Source: Malacoraja senta (Eukaryota). Taken from it: a DNA stretch of 64,000 nucleotides. A model generated the notes under the pieces. It was given only the letters and a program-made list of their open reading frames with translations. It had not been told where the DNA came from and searched no databases. Location of the stretch: contig CM075990.1 of NCBI GenBank assembly GCA_038087875.1, positions 11,162,001 through 11,226,000 of the forward strand, given 5' to 3'. Within the stretch, counting starts at the first letter, position 1. Each line of letters begins with the position of its first letter. A program made the position numbers and the translations under genes. Positions 10,861-21,988 of this stretch are shown piece after piece.

Positions 10861-12274
10861 ATCTACCTTGCGGAGTAGTTGGCTGATCTTGGCTCTCATT
10901 GATATGCGTTTAAGGTTTAGGTTGCAATTGGGTCAATTACTCCTGTATCCAGTGGCAAAATGATCTCCCGGGACACGGCAATATTGCAAGCACAGCTCAC
11001 AGTGTTGCTAATTCTTACAGGATAGTTGTGATAGATACTATAGACATTAGGCTTGTAATGGTCACCTCTTTGTTTGTGTGGAATGAATTTGTTTTGCTGC
11101 TATATTTTTGATACTCCATGAGTATTAAATTTAGGATTGAAGTCTTGCTGCAATCAATGTGCAATTACTTTACTTCCCATCGGACTATGTTGTCTCATCA
11201 ATGTGCATCTTTGTACCAGTTTCGAAGCTCTCTCGATGACTTCTGGGAGGACCATGGTCAAAGTATTAGCTGGGATTGAATGTGCTGCACAGTCCTACCT
11301 CCAAGGACTGACAATGACAACCCAACCGACTGAATCAACTTCAAACCTGCTGATGGAGGCGAATCGTTCTGGCCTACGGCTGTTTATTAACACAGAGGAG
11401 GGTGGCAGTAAACTGAAATTGTTGCTGTCTCTTGGACCATGTCTGGAGGCTTGTAAAACTGCACCACATTTCTCATTTCGTTGGCTTGCTCATCTGCACA
11501 TTTGTGCAGGAGTTGCTGTGGCCAAGCAAGTCATGTTTAAGGGAGTACAAATCTATTAGAAAGAAGCAGTGAGAAGCAATAGAATTGGCTCGTCACCATG
11601 GTAATAGAGAGAGATGAGTTAATGATATATATTAGCCAGGTCTTGGAGGAGTACAGCCTGTTGGCCTGCAATATTTGCAGTGGAAGAATGGGCGCTCACA
11701 TAATACTTAATGTCCTACTTTCTTCTTTTATTTTTTATTTCTGTCATTGATGGAAAAAAAGTATAATTCCATTCCAGGGGGTACAAACCTTCTATAAGCT
11801 AGGGGACTGTTCAATTCACCTCTATCCCATGGAGGATATTGGACCCAAGGATGCGCTACAATACTGTACTTGAGTTTGAACTGATTATATCTCCGTATGG
11901 TTTATCCAAACTGTTCGGATGCAAAACAAAGATTTTCACTGCACCTTGCTACATGTGAATATAACAAACCTAAACCAAAACCTATTCTAGGTTGAAAGGC
12001 CAAATGTGGTGCTGAAGAAATACCACACAATTGGAGACACTCTCTTTTCAATGAATCTGTTTATATTGTCCAAGAGGTCCAGTGCAGAATGGAAAGCCGG
12101 CATATTCAAGAGAGAGTAAAAAAAGCTCTTAGGGCTAATGGGATCAAGGAATATGGGGAGAAAGCAGGAACGGGGTACTGATTTGGGATGAACAACCATG
12201 GTCATATTGAATGGGGGTGCTGGCTCAAAGGGCAAAATGACCTACACCTACACCTACTTTCTATGTTTCTATGA

Positions 12275-12660
12275 GATTATATCATCCGATGACCTGTTGT
12301 GGCAGTTGGCAAATTGTAGTGGCTTCAGGTGCTTGCTGAGGTAGAAGTTGATAAGCTCCACAACCAACCTCTCAAAGCACATCATCACCATGGACTTTAG
12401 TGCCACCGGATGGTATTCGTTGAGGCATGTCATCTTCTTCTTCTTCGTGGGCAGTGGTATTATTGATGTCCTTTTAAAGCAATTGGGAACTTCGGATCTC
12501 AGTCAGGAGCAGTTGACGATATTCACAAAACGTTGGTCGCACGGGTTTTGAGAATGTGACCAGGTACAGCATCAGGTCCAGATGTTTTCCGAGGGTTCAC
12601 CCCCCCTGAAGGATCTTCAGGCAGAGAGAAGTGTCCTGGGAGACAGAAGTGTTGTCAGCG
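12275..12660 (-). mobile_element. Rex1/Babar RT fragment
   Basis: Reverse strand has remnants of GPDAVPG..L, CLNEYHPVALKSMVMMCFERL motifs. Confidence 0.65.
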
Positions 12661-13959
12661 TGTTGATGAACTTTCATCAGGACTGGGTCAAAGTCAGAAA
12701 TAAAGCAAGTTTTAAATAGCCAAGAAAGGGGGAAGAGAGAATAAAATAAAGGTTGATCATAGTCACTTAGGGGTTTCTCCATAACATAAAGCTTTCTTGT
12801 TTTCTCAATGCTGTTGAAAGGTCATTAACATAGCACCTTAACAAAGTGTCCTTCTGCATGGATTCTGACTGACATTGAGACCTTTTGGCATTTTCTGTTT
12901 TTAATTCCAATTTCCAACATCTACAGTATATTGTTCTTGGATTGCAATTTCTTTTTTGGCTTTTATTCTCTTCAATATTAGAGATTAAAGGTGACCCAAG
13001 GTACTATCACAGATAATCTTTATTGCTCTGGAGGCATTTTACTCGTGATCACCTCATTTTTAATTACTGGTTGTTGGCATCATCTAAAATATGGTCGTTC
13101 TTGCTTATTGATCTTTGAACAAGGTGCTTGCCTGATAGTTTTGGAACAAGGTAACCGTGCAAATAAGATTGCGATTTCAGAATAAATCAGTGTGACAGTA
13201 TGGAGAGTTTGGTGGCTTGCTTAGGAAATCCCAAGGAATAAATTTGAAACACAATTCAAATCGGTCTAGAATTTAGCATTTCAATTGCAATGAATGTCTG
13301 TTGTAAGTAGATGACGTTGCTATTTTAGTACAGGCTCTGAATAAAAACAGGCCAACATGAAAATATATAATTGTAGAGGCACGGACATTGTACGAATGGT
13401 TAAGGATCTATCAAGTCATTTGAATGCGCAAAGGGAGGATTTTTGTTTCATTGTTATCTGTGGATGCGCACCCCAGACACTGAATGTGAAAGAATTTAAT
13501 TTAAAAGCAATATGTCATCTAATCATTTACTCTCTTATCTATTCTTTGCTAAATTAATACATCGAAGGTGCAAAGGAGAAACTTGTGCTATGCTGCAAAA
13601 AAAATTAGACCTCCTGAAGTTCGTAGAGATAATCTGTGAATGTACAAACTAGATGGAAGCTGATTGCTTCAGGGAAATTCTCAACTCTATTGATTGAGTG
13701 CATTCGGAATGACTAGTCAGAATAAATGCAACCATTGCCCCCCCATTGCAAATGTGTGACATCTTCACGTAACAGCACCTCAGAGATTTTGTTTGAATTA
13801 TCTTTATTTCTCTCTTAATTTCAAAATAATGGTGGACCTGGAGCAGGATTTGGAGGGTCTGGACAGGTTACGTTTTATTAGTATGAAGGGAATCCACTTC
13901 AACTTCGTGCTGTGTAAAATAAAACATACAGTTCTTTCAAAACAGGAAGGGAAACAATA

Positions 13960-14905
13960 GTCGTAGAATCATAGAGTGATACAGCAGGGAAACAGGCCCT
14001 TCGGCCCAACTTGCCTACACCGGCCAACATGTCCCAACTACACTAGTCCCACCTGTCCGCGTTTGCTCCATATCCCTCCCAACCTGTCCTATTCATGTAC
14101 CTGTCTAACTGTTTCTTAAAGGCCTGTCTCACGGGTATGCGGTTACTGGCGGTTACTGGCGGTGAAGCAGGAAGTTGGGACCGCTCGTGGACCGCCAGAG
14201 ACTGCGGGGTCGGTCCCACGCACACCGCCGGGACCGTGCGGTGTTGATCCCAACACCGCACGGTGCTCACAAAAAATCGACAACGTTCAAAAATGTTGTC
14301 CTACCGCACAGCCGCCGCCAGTGCGGCACGAGCACCGCCACAGCCGCCGCCAGTACGCCGTGAGCGCTGTGAGCACCGCTAGCACTGCCACAGCCGCCGC
14401 CAGTTACAGCACGAGCACCGCCACAGCGCCGCGATCACCACTAGCACCGCCACAGCCACGCGATCCGAATTGACATCATCGCGTAGCGCGTCGCGTTGCG
14501 CGATGTCGTCATCACCCGACGCCGCGCTCGTGGGACAGGCCGTGCGGTGATCACCCGGCATATGCGCGGCAACAGCTTCCGGTAAGGTTTAATTTTTTTT
14601 AACTTACCGCAAGCTCGTGGGACCAGCCGTACGGAGATCACTCGGCCCCCATGCGGCATCCGTGCGGCGCTCCCGCGGCATACGCGTGGTGCTCTCGCGG
14701 TAACCGCGCGGTCCCCGCTTCCGGCGACGCCGCGCTTCACCGCCAGTAACCGCCTGCCCGTGCGACAGGGCCATTAACCGTTGTGATAGTCCCGGCCTCA
14801 ACTACCTCCTCTGGCAGCTTGTTCCATGGACCCATCACCCTTTGTGTGAAAAAGTTACCCCTTTATCCTTTTAAATCTGTCCCCCTTCACCTTAAACCTA
14901 TGTCG
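13960..14905 (-). mobile_element. CR1 3' end (host of the Harbinger MITE)
   Basis: Reverse complement of the 19215-19582 family. Confidence 0.85.
14119..14773. mobile_element. PIF/Harbinger-like MITE inserted in a CR1 fragment
   Basis: TIRs AAGGCCTGTCTCACGG / CCGTGCGACAGGGCCA, TTA TSD (14116-14118, 14774-14776); CR1 sequence resumes on both sides. Confidence 0.85.
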
Positions 14906-15124
14906 TCTGTTTGCATAACTTCCTGCTTTTTGCATGTCCTTGCATTTATATGCAGAAACTAATTGGCTTTCTGGATATTGTGAGTTCCCTTTGCAGAAAT
15001 GGACCATGCATCGGGATCTTTTGCGGGTGGAATGGGCCAGGGATTCTTCTTGCTTGCTTGTAATTATCCTGTTAAGAAGAATCCCATTTTAGGCAAGCAC
15101 CCACATCCTAATGTCACCACTAAT

Positions 15125-15290
15125 TGGTGACATGGAGTGTGGGAGGAAACCGGAGCACCCGGGGAAAACCCACGCAGTCACATGGAGAATGTACAAACTC
15201 CGTACAGATAGCACCCGTAGTCAGGATCAAACCCGGGTCTCTCGTGTTGTAAGGCAGCAACTCTACTGCTGTGCCACCGTGCCAGCCTGA
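15125..15290 (-). mobile_element. V-SINE 5' half
   Basis: Family match. Confidence 0.8.
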
Positions 15291-15445
15291 TGCATCTAAA
15301 TAGTTTCTAGTGTCTCAGTTGAGGGATTTATGGGTGATTCAATTCTCTCTCCTTATGATCGATGAGATTGAAATATCAATTCTACTTGCTTCTGTTCCAG
15401 GTAGCGTGAAACACAGTGAGAAACTCCCCCTTCCACTCCATTCTC

Positions 15446-15854
15446 CTGGAGCGGAGACTGTGGGACCCGGAGCTGGGGCAGCGGCCTGGAGCTGGGGCGG
15501 CGGCCTGGAGCGGAGACTGTGGGACCCGGAGCTGGGGCAGCGGCCCGGAGCTGATGCTGTGGCGGGCCGTCTCGGAGCGGAGACATCACCACGGAGGTCC
15601 GCTGGACTGGAGGGCGGCATCTTCGGCCTGGATCGATCGCCTCAGCGCAGAGGGAGAACAAGGAGGGAAGAGACGGAGACTAAGACTTTGCCTCCATCAC
15701 AGTGAGGATGTGCTTGGTGAACTCACTGTGGTGGATGTTTAATTTGTGTTTATTGTATGTTTTGTTATTATTGGTTCTGTGTATGACTGCAGGCATCACA
15801 ATTTCGTTCAGACCGAAAGGTCTGAATGACAATAAAGGAATCTATCTATCTATC
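15446..15854 (+). mobile_element. 5'-truncated relative of the 28185 element
   Basis: Shared 3' region, (TCTA)n tail, internal ~59-bp tandem duplication. Confidence 0.75.
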
Positions 15855-16044
15855 TTCTCTTGAAAAATGACTTACCCAGGAAATCAGGCAACGTGAGCAT
15901 CTTTACTGGTTCCATTGGGAACAATTCCATCGTCCACACGTTAACTCAGTTGTGAAGAATCATGTCTGCTGTTTCATATTCCAAATTTGTGCTTTGAGTC
16001 TAAATGTTATGATTTTGCATGCTGGTAATTCTGATACCTTCTTG

Positions 16045-16370
16045 GGGCATCACAGTGGTGTAACTAGAAGAGTTATTCCCTCACACCCCCGCTGACCCAG
16101 GTTCAATCCTAACCCCTGGAGTTGTTTACGTGGCGTTTGCATGTTCTCCCTGTGACTGAGAGACTTTCCTCTAGATGTTCTGGTTTCTTCACACATTGCA
16201 GAGATGTGTGAGTTGGTAGGGTCATTTGTGACTGTAAATTGCCCCTAACGTGTAGGTGAGTGATAGAATCACAAGGGAGTTGACTGGAATGCAGGCTGAA
16301 AAAAATGGGATTAGTTCAGATGAGTTTACTGTTGATCAGCATGGACTCATGAAGATCCTGTTCAAATGTT
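16045..16370 (+). mobile_element. Old V-SINE
   Basis: Diverged family match. Confidence 0.7.
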
Positions 16371-16738
16371 TTATTATCTTAGTATCATTCTTATTAACCT
16401 TTGATTATGCTGCCAATAGATAGTCACTTAAAATATCAACAAAGATGATTAATAAAAGAGCTTACATTTCCAGATACCAATCTTAGTGTGTTTTTCCTCC
16501 AAATAGACCATCACTGGAACTTCCTGTATTAACCATTGTTTCACATGCTTTAAGTGCTGAAGAGTTGATAGCATTTAAAGAGCTATTATTGTTCATAGTC
16601 TGACATGCCACATAAGTTACATCAGACTGAACTCTCAGACAATTGTTGGAAAGGGAGAGACCATAAGCAGGTTTTAAAATCCAGTGCTGCTAGACTGGTG
16701 TGATGCGAGGTTAGTGGATACAGGGTGGAGGAAGGAGT

Positions 16739-16766
16739 CTGAAGAAGGGACTTGACCCGAAACGTC
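16739..16766 (+). ncRNA. Minimal type I hammerhead ribozyme core
   Basis: GU-CUGAAGA-A-GGG...CCC-GAA-ACGU-C-AC. Confidence 0.5.
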
Positions 16767-16844
16767 ACCCATTCCTTCTCTCCAGAGATGCTGCCTGTCC
16801 CGCTGAGTCATTCCAGCATTCTGTGTCTATCTACAGTGGGGAGG

Positions 16845-17192
16845 GTTTAGTTTAATATGGTTTAGTTGTTGTTTCAAGAAACAGCATGGCAACTGGGCCC
16901 TTTGACCCACCCAGTCCACACTAACCATTGATCACCCGTTCACACTAGTTCTATGTTATCCCACTTTCTCATCCACTCCTCTACACACACGGGGCAACAT
17001 TATCGAGGCCAACTAACCTACAAACCCACACGTCTTTGTGATGTGGGAAGAAACCAAAGTACCGGGAGGAAACCCACGCGGTCACAAGGAGAACGTGCAA
17101 ACTCCACACAGACAGTATCCAAGGTCAGGATCAAACCCAGATCTCTGGCGGTATGGGGCAGTAGCTCTACCTGCTGCATCACTGTGCAGCCC
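16845..17192 (-). mobile_element. V-SINE
   Basis: Family match. Confidence 0.82.
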
Positions 17193-17939
17193 TAAGAGGA
17201 CCGTCGGTGTAGGTTAGTAGGGATGAAGTTGTGTTGCGAATCAACCTCAAGCAGTGCTGGAATACACGAGTCTGCAGTTTAAAGGGCTGCTTGTTCCATT
17301 TTTAGATCAAATGCACCTGAAATTCAGCTTCAGCGAAAAATCTCCATGGTCTAGAATGTAATGGCAACTGAGTGAGCTCAGCATGATCTAACATAAGGTA
17401 GTGCTGAGCCATTGCAGACAGAACTTGTCCAGATTCCTTAATTGCAGCTGTGTTATGTCCCAACTGACAGTGAAGTAATGGCTCCAAATGTTGATTAATG
17501 AGCCATATCAGCTGTAAAACAAGTTTTAAACTGAGGGAATACGGCACTAACTGACAGAGGAGCACAACTAATTGACTTCATGAAAATGAGGATTATTGCT
17601 GCCATTTAATTTACTCTCTCTTTCACAGATTCCCAATTTATGCCAAGTGTGTACTTGTAGGTGGGGTGGGAGATGTAACATTGAACAATACCTTCTCTCA
17701 TGTGGGTTTCAGACAAGCACTTCTGCAGCCACAGCTCAAGGAAATCCATTGTCGACCAATTGTCCTTCAGAGGGTGATCAAGGATATCTGAGCTGCTTGC
17801 AATGTCATTCCACTGCCGCCCATCTCCAACCCCCTCCCTTTGCATGCAGATTCTGAACATGTGGTGCAGCAAGCTTCACGCAGTGGTACCAAGGTGAATA
17901 TGTCGTTTGCAAATCACACATATCACATTAAATCATAAA

Positions 17940-18500
17940 AGAATTGGCTTCATGGAAGGAAGGAGAGGGTGATGGTGGAAGGTTGTTTTTCTGACTGGAG
18001 ACGTGTGACTAGTGGTGTGCCTCAGGGATTGGTGTTGGGCCCATTGCTGTTTGTGGTTTATATCAACGAGTTGAAAGAGAATATACAAGGCATGATTAGT
18101 AAGTTTGTAGATGTTGCGTGGGTGGTATCATAGATAGCGAACATGGTTATCAACAATTACAGCCTGATCTTGATCATCTGGGCAAGTGGGCTGAGAAAAT
18201 GGAGTTTAATGCAGATAAGTACAAGTTATTGCATTTGGGGAAGTCTAACCAGGGTGGGACCTTCACAGTGAATGGCAGGGCCCAGGGGAGTGTTGTATAG
18301 CAGAGAGATCTAGGAGTGGAGGTACATATTTCCCTGAAAGTGGTGTCACAGGTAGGTAGAGTGGTCAAGAAGGGTTTTGGTACATAGACATTCATCAGTC
18401 AGGGTATTGAATTTGTGACGTTAGGTTACATGTGGGACTCGTGTAGATGGAGCATCTGGGTTTGCATGGGCAAGTAGGGACAAAGGGCCTGTTTCTGTGC
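17940..18500 (+). mobile_element. CR1 LINE reverse-transcriptase fragment (decayed)
   Basis: VTSGVPQGLVLGPLLF..YIN, ISKFVD, LQPDLDHLGKWAE, MEFNADK. Confidence 0.9.
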
Positions 18501-19214
18501 TGTGTTATGCTATCAGAGGAGACATTTGTTGAACGTGTGTGAGGATCGGTTTATATGGGTGATTAGTATGGGTGTCAAGGGTTAAGGGAAGAAGGCAGGA
18601 GAATGGCGTTAGTAGGGGGAGATAGATCAGCCATGATTGAATGGCGGAGTAGACTTGATGGGTCGAATGGCGTAATTATGCTCCTATTACTTATGACTTT
18701 ATGACCTTATAAACGGTAAATCCAGAAATTCCAACAATATGTTATTCGAAGTATGACCAGGAAATATTGTAAACATTCAACGGGTCGGTCAGTATCTGTG
18801 GTAAAGTTTAATGCTTCACATCAATGATCCTTCATCAGAGCTGCTAAAGAAGACCCTCGGGTTTTCCGAGATCTAATGAAAGGTTCTTGACCTGAAACGT
18901 TAACCCTGTTTCTCACCTCTGCAGATGCTGCGTGACCTGCTGGATATTTCCAGAATATTCTGTTTTTTTTTAATTTAAGGTTGTCTGGTTGACCAGAAGT
19001 AATATTGTGGAACTTGCTGCAAAAGATCTCACACTCTACCCAAGCCGCCTGCAACCATCTTGTTCATCTCCTTCCCTTGTCATTCTTCTGTTCTCTATCT
19101 AGGTGAGCGATACATTTGCTCACCTAGATTGGGAACTATCTATAAAGCTTTCTTCATTTGTGCCTCTGGGTGAAAAAATAAGGTCTTTGTATACAACACT
19201 AGGAACGCCATTTA

Positions 19215-19582
19215 TCTGAGTATAAAACATGAGAGGAATAGACCAAATGCGCAGTCTCTTGCCCAGAGTAAATGAAACGTGGACCAGAGGACATAGATTT
19301 GAGGTGAAGTGGAAAAGATTTAATAGGAATCTGAGGGGCAACGTATTCACACAAAGGGTGGAAGGGCTATGGAACAAACTGCCAGAGGAGGTAGTTGAGG
19401 CTGGGACTATCCCAACGTTTAAGAAACAGTTAGACAGGTACATGGATAGGACAGGTTTGGAGGGATATGGACCAAACGTGGGCAGGTGGGCCTAGTGTAG
19501 CTGTGACACGTTGGCCGGTGTGGGCAAGTTGGGCCGAAGGGCCTGTTTCCACACTGTATCACTATGACTTTATGACTGTATG
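19215..19582 (+). mobile_element. CR1 3' end
   Basis: TRGHRF...FTQRVEGLWNKLPEEVVEA...FKKQLD; GGGCCGAAGGGCCTGTTTCC tail. Confidence 0.9.
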
Positions 19583-20149
19583 ACCACTTATCCCATCTCG
19601 CAAACCATAGAGAACACTCATTTTGCCTCTTTCTAAGCAATCATCTGCTCACTTATGTCTCAATGTTAGCTCTAATTCCATAGACTTTTATTGCTATAAG
19701 CCGTGACTTGTACAGAACATTATTTGCTGTCTGAAGATTTGCAAATCTATCATGCCACAAAAATGTTAACTGGATTGTTCAGGGAGTTCATAACTAGAAA
19801 TAAACTGTATAAATCTAGATGACTTGCAGTCAAAGCCACACCATTGCATTGCCACTCAGACAATATCTAACTGAATTAATCAGCGCAGATAGATTTTGCT
19901 TGATTAAATCTCTATTCTTCAGAGTGCTTTAGTGCTTGATGATGGGATATGGGATAAAGAATGGTTAAAAAGATGACACAAAAATCAAAGACTCAATGCA
20001 TTTGATATTATTCTTGTAATTGTTTGGAAGCCGGTACACCTTTATGAATATAGCCTCTCATCTGCGCAACACTTACTCTGCAAGAATTCACTTTTGAAAT
20101 CTAGCAGCGACATAGCTGACCAGTAAATCCCCCTCCGGAATAATGGTCA

Positions 20150-20435
20150 GGTCGGTGTAGGGGTAGTTTTGCTGCCTTGCAGCACCAGAGACTCGGGTTC
20201 AATCCTGACTACGGGTGCTGTCTGTACGGAGTTTCTACGTTCTCCCCGTGACCTGCGTGGGTTTTCTCTCGCACTCCAAAGACGTACAGATTTGTAGGTT
20301 AATTGGCTTCGGTTAAACAGTAAATTGCCCCTAGTGTGTGTAAGGACAGTACTAGTGTACGGGGATCGCAGGTCGGTGCAGACTCAGTGGCCCAAAGGGC
20401 CTGTTTCCACACTGTATCTCGAAACTAAATTAAAA
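20150..20435 (+). mobile_element. V-SINE
   Basis: Family match. Confidence 0.85.
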
Positions 20436-21191
20436 CTTCTGTGAAATATGAGGCTCTTTGTTCTACTTCCCCGCCCCATATCATTGAGTTGCCTTTGCAT
20501 CTCAATACAGGCACTCACGACCTTGTCTTGGGTAATGATAATACCCCAGGAGAGGTGTAAAAAAACAAATTACAAACCCTGGATAAAGTGCTGAAAAATT
20601 CCTCCCTGTCCACTAAGTTGATTGAACTTGGTCCAGAGATAACTCGTGGACTGAATACATTTGCATGAATACTGTACCTACCTGTGACAGATAGAATTAG
20701 CTCCCTGTTTGGCAATAGCTCAGCTCTCGCTCAGGGGAAATCAATGAACTGCCGTTCAGTACATGAGATGGCAGCCTGCTCCACCAGTTGGTAGCCTGCG
20801 TCAGACAAGTGGGAGTGCACCCAGACATTAGAGAACTGTCGGTCAATATAGGGGCATGCTGACTGTGAATGACAATGCACATCTGCCCACACTGCAATGG
20901 GTTCAGGTGCATTACCAATGTTTAGGCATTGCAAGCAAAGAAGATGGACGTATCTCGACATGAACCAGGCTGGGAAATATTCCAAATGAAACAAAACTTG
21001 GGATTTTCTGAATTGGGCCAATTAGCGTTGGGACCGGTTTTGGAAGCACCTCTCAAATTAATGCCTTATACGCAAAAAAAATAGTGCAGTTGAATTGTTA
21101 TCAATTTTAATGTGAAACTGGTGCAAGATAAACAACTTTGCTATGCTACAGATAAGGCTCTGGCATTAAACATGCTGCAGCTACTGCAATT

Positions 21192-21245
21192 GGGGTGGGA
21201 GATTGCAACCTTCACCTGGTCCGCCCTTTTTCGACGAATGCAATC
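21192..21245 (+). ncRNA. HDV-like ribozyme (mutated copy)
   Basis: P1, P2 and P3 intact, J4/2 CGAA; L3 is UUCACCU and the J1/4 G is replaced by U. Confidence 0.7.
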
Positions 21246-21330
21246 AACCTGGCGTGCACAATCAAATAAGCTCAAGTTGTCCTACAACTTTAGGCTGTGC
21301 ACACCACATGCAAGAAGAAGAAGAAGAAGA
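21192..21330 (+). mobile_element. Short non-autonomous retroposon with 5' HDV-like ribozyme and (GAA)n tail, copy 1
   Basis: TSD AGCTACTGCAAT (21179-21190) / AGCTACTGGAAT (21331-21342); homologous to 50541-50678. Confidence 0.85.
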
Positions 21331-21712
21331 AGCTACTGGAATGCAGAACATTGGAAAGTGACATTCGTTTACAGCATGCTAACTGCCAATGAATGACTAA
21401 TGGTCTGATAAATCAGCAATGGACCCATGACCTGCAATGTTATGTACACAAAAATTGTCCTTGGTCTATATTTCTTCATAATGAGAAAATCCATTTTATA
21501 ACATATCCTTGCACAATGCATGTGAATTGATACTACTGCCCTGACAATGTAATCCCAGCCCTGCACCCAAAGCTATGCCCACAGGTTGTGTAGTTGCTGT
21601 CTCTCAGGTGATGCAGGTAAACACATTCAGAAGAGTTTTCTACTTGGTTTAGAGTTTGGCATGATGAATACGTAAATATAACCAGCTGTAACCTGGACAG
21701 TCATTTTGCACT

Positions 21713-21988
21713 TCAAGATTCAAGATTCAAGAGAGTTTATTGTCATGTGTCCCTGATAGGACAATGAAATTCTTGCTTTGCTTCAGCACAACAGAACATA
21801 GTAGGCATTGACTACAAAACAGATCAGTGTGTCCATATACCATTATATAAATATATACACACATGAATAAATAAACTGATAAAGTGCAAATAACAGATAA
21901 TGGGCTATTAATGTTCAGAGTTTTGTCCGAGCCAAGTTTAATGGCCTGATGGCTGTGGGGAAGTAGCTATTCCTGAACCTGGTTGTTG
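21713..21988 (-). mobile_element. Rex1/Babar-type 3' end
   Basis: (CAAGATT)n, TTTATTGTCA; reverse strand RFRNSYFPTAIRPLN. Similar tails at 24012-24225, 45220-45385 and 61372-61570. Confidence 0.75.

Noticed and set aside
11592..11605. RFX X-box-like motif GTCACCATGGTAAT
   Set aside because: Single imperfect motif with no supporting context
15446..15560. Short direct repeats as a CRISPR-like array
   Set aside because: Eukaryotic context, no unique spacers; a simple internal tandem duplication
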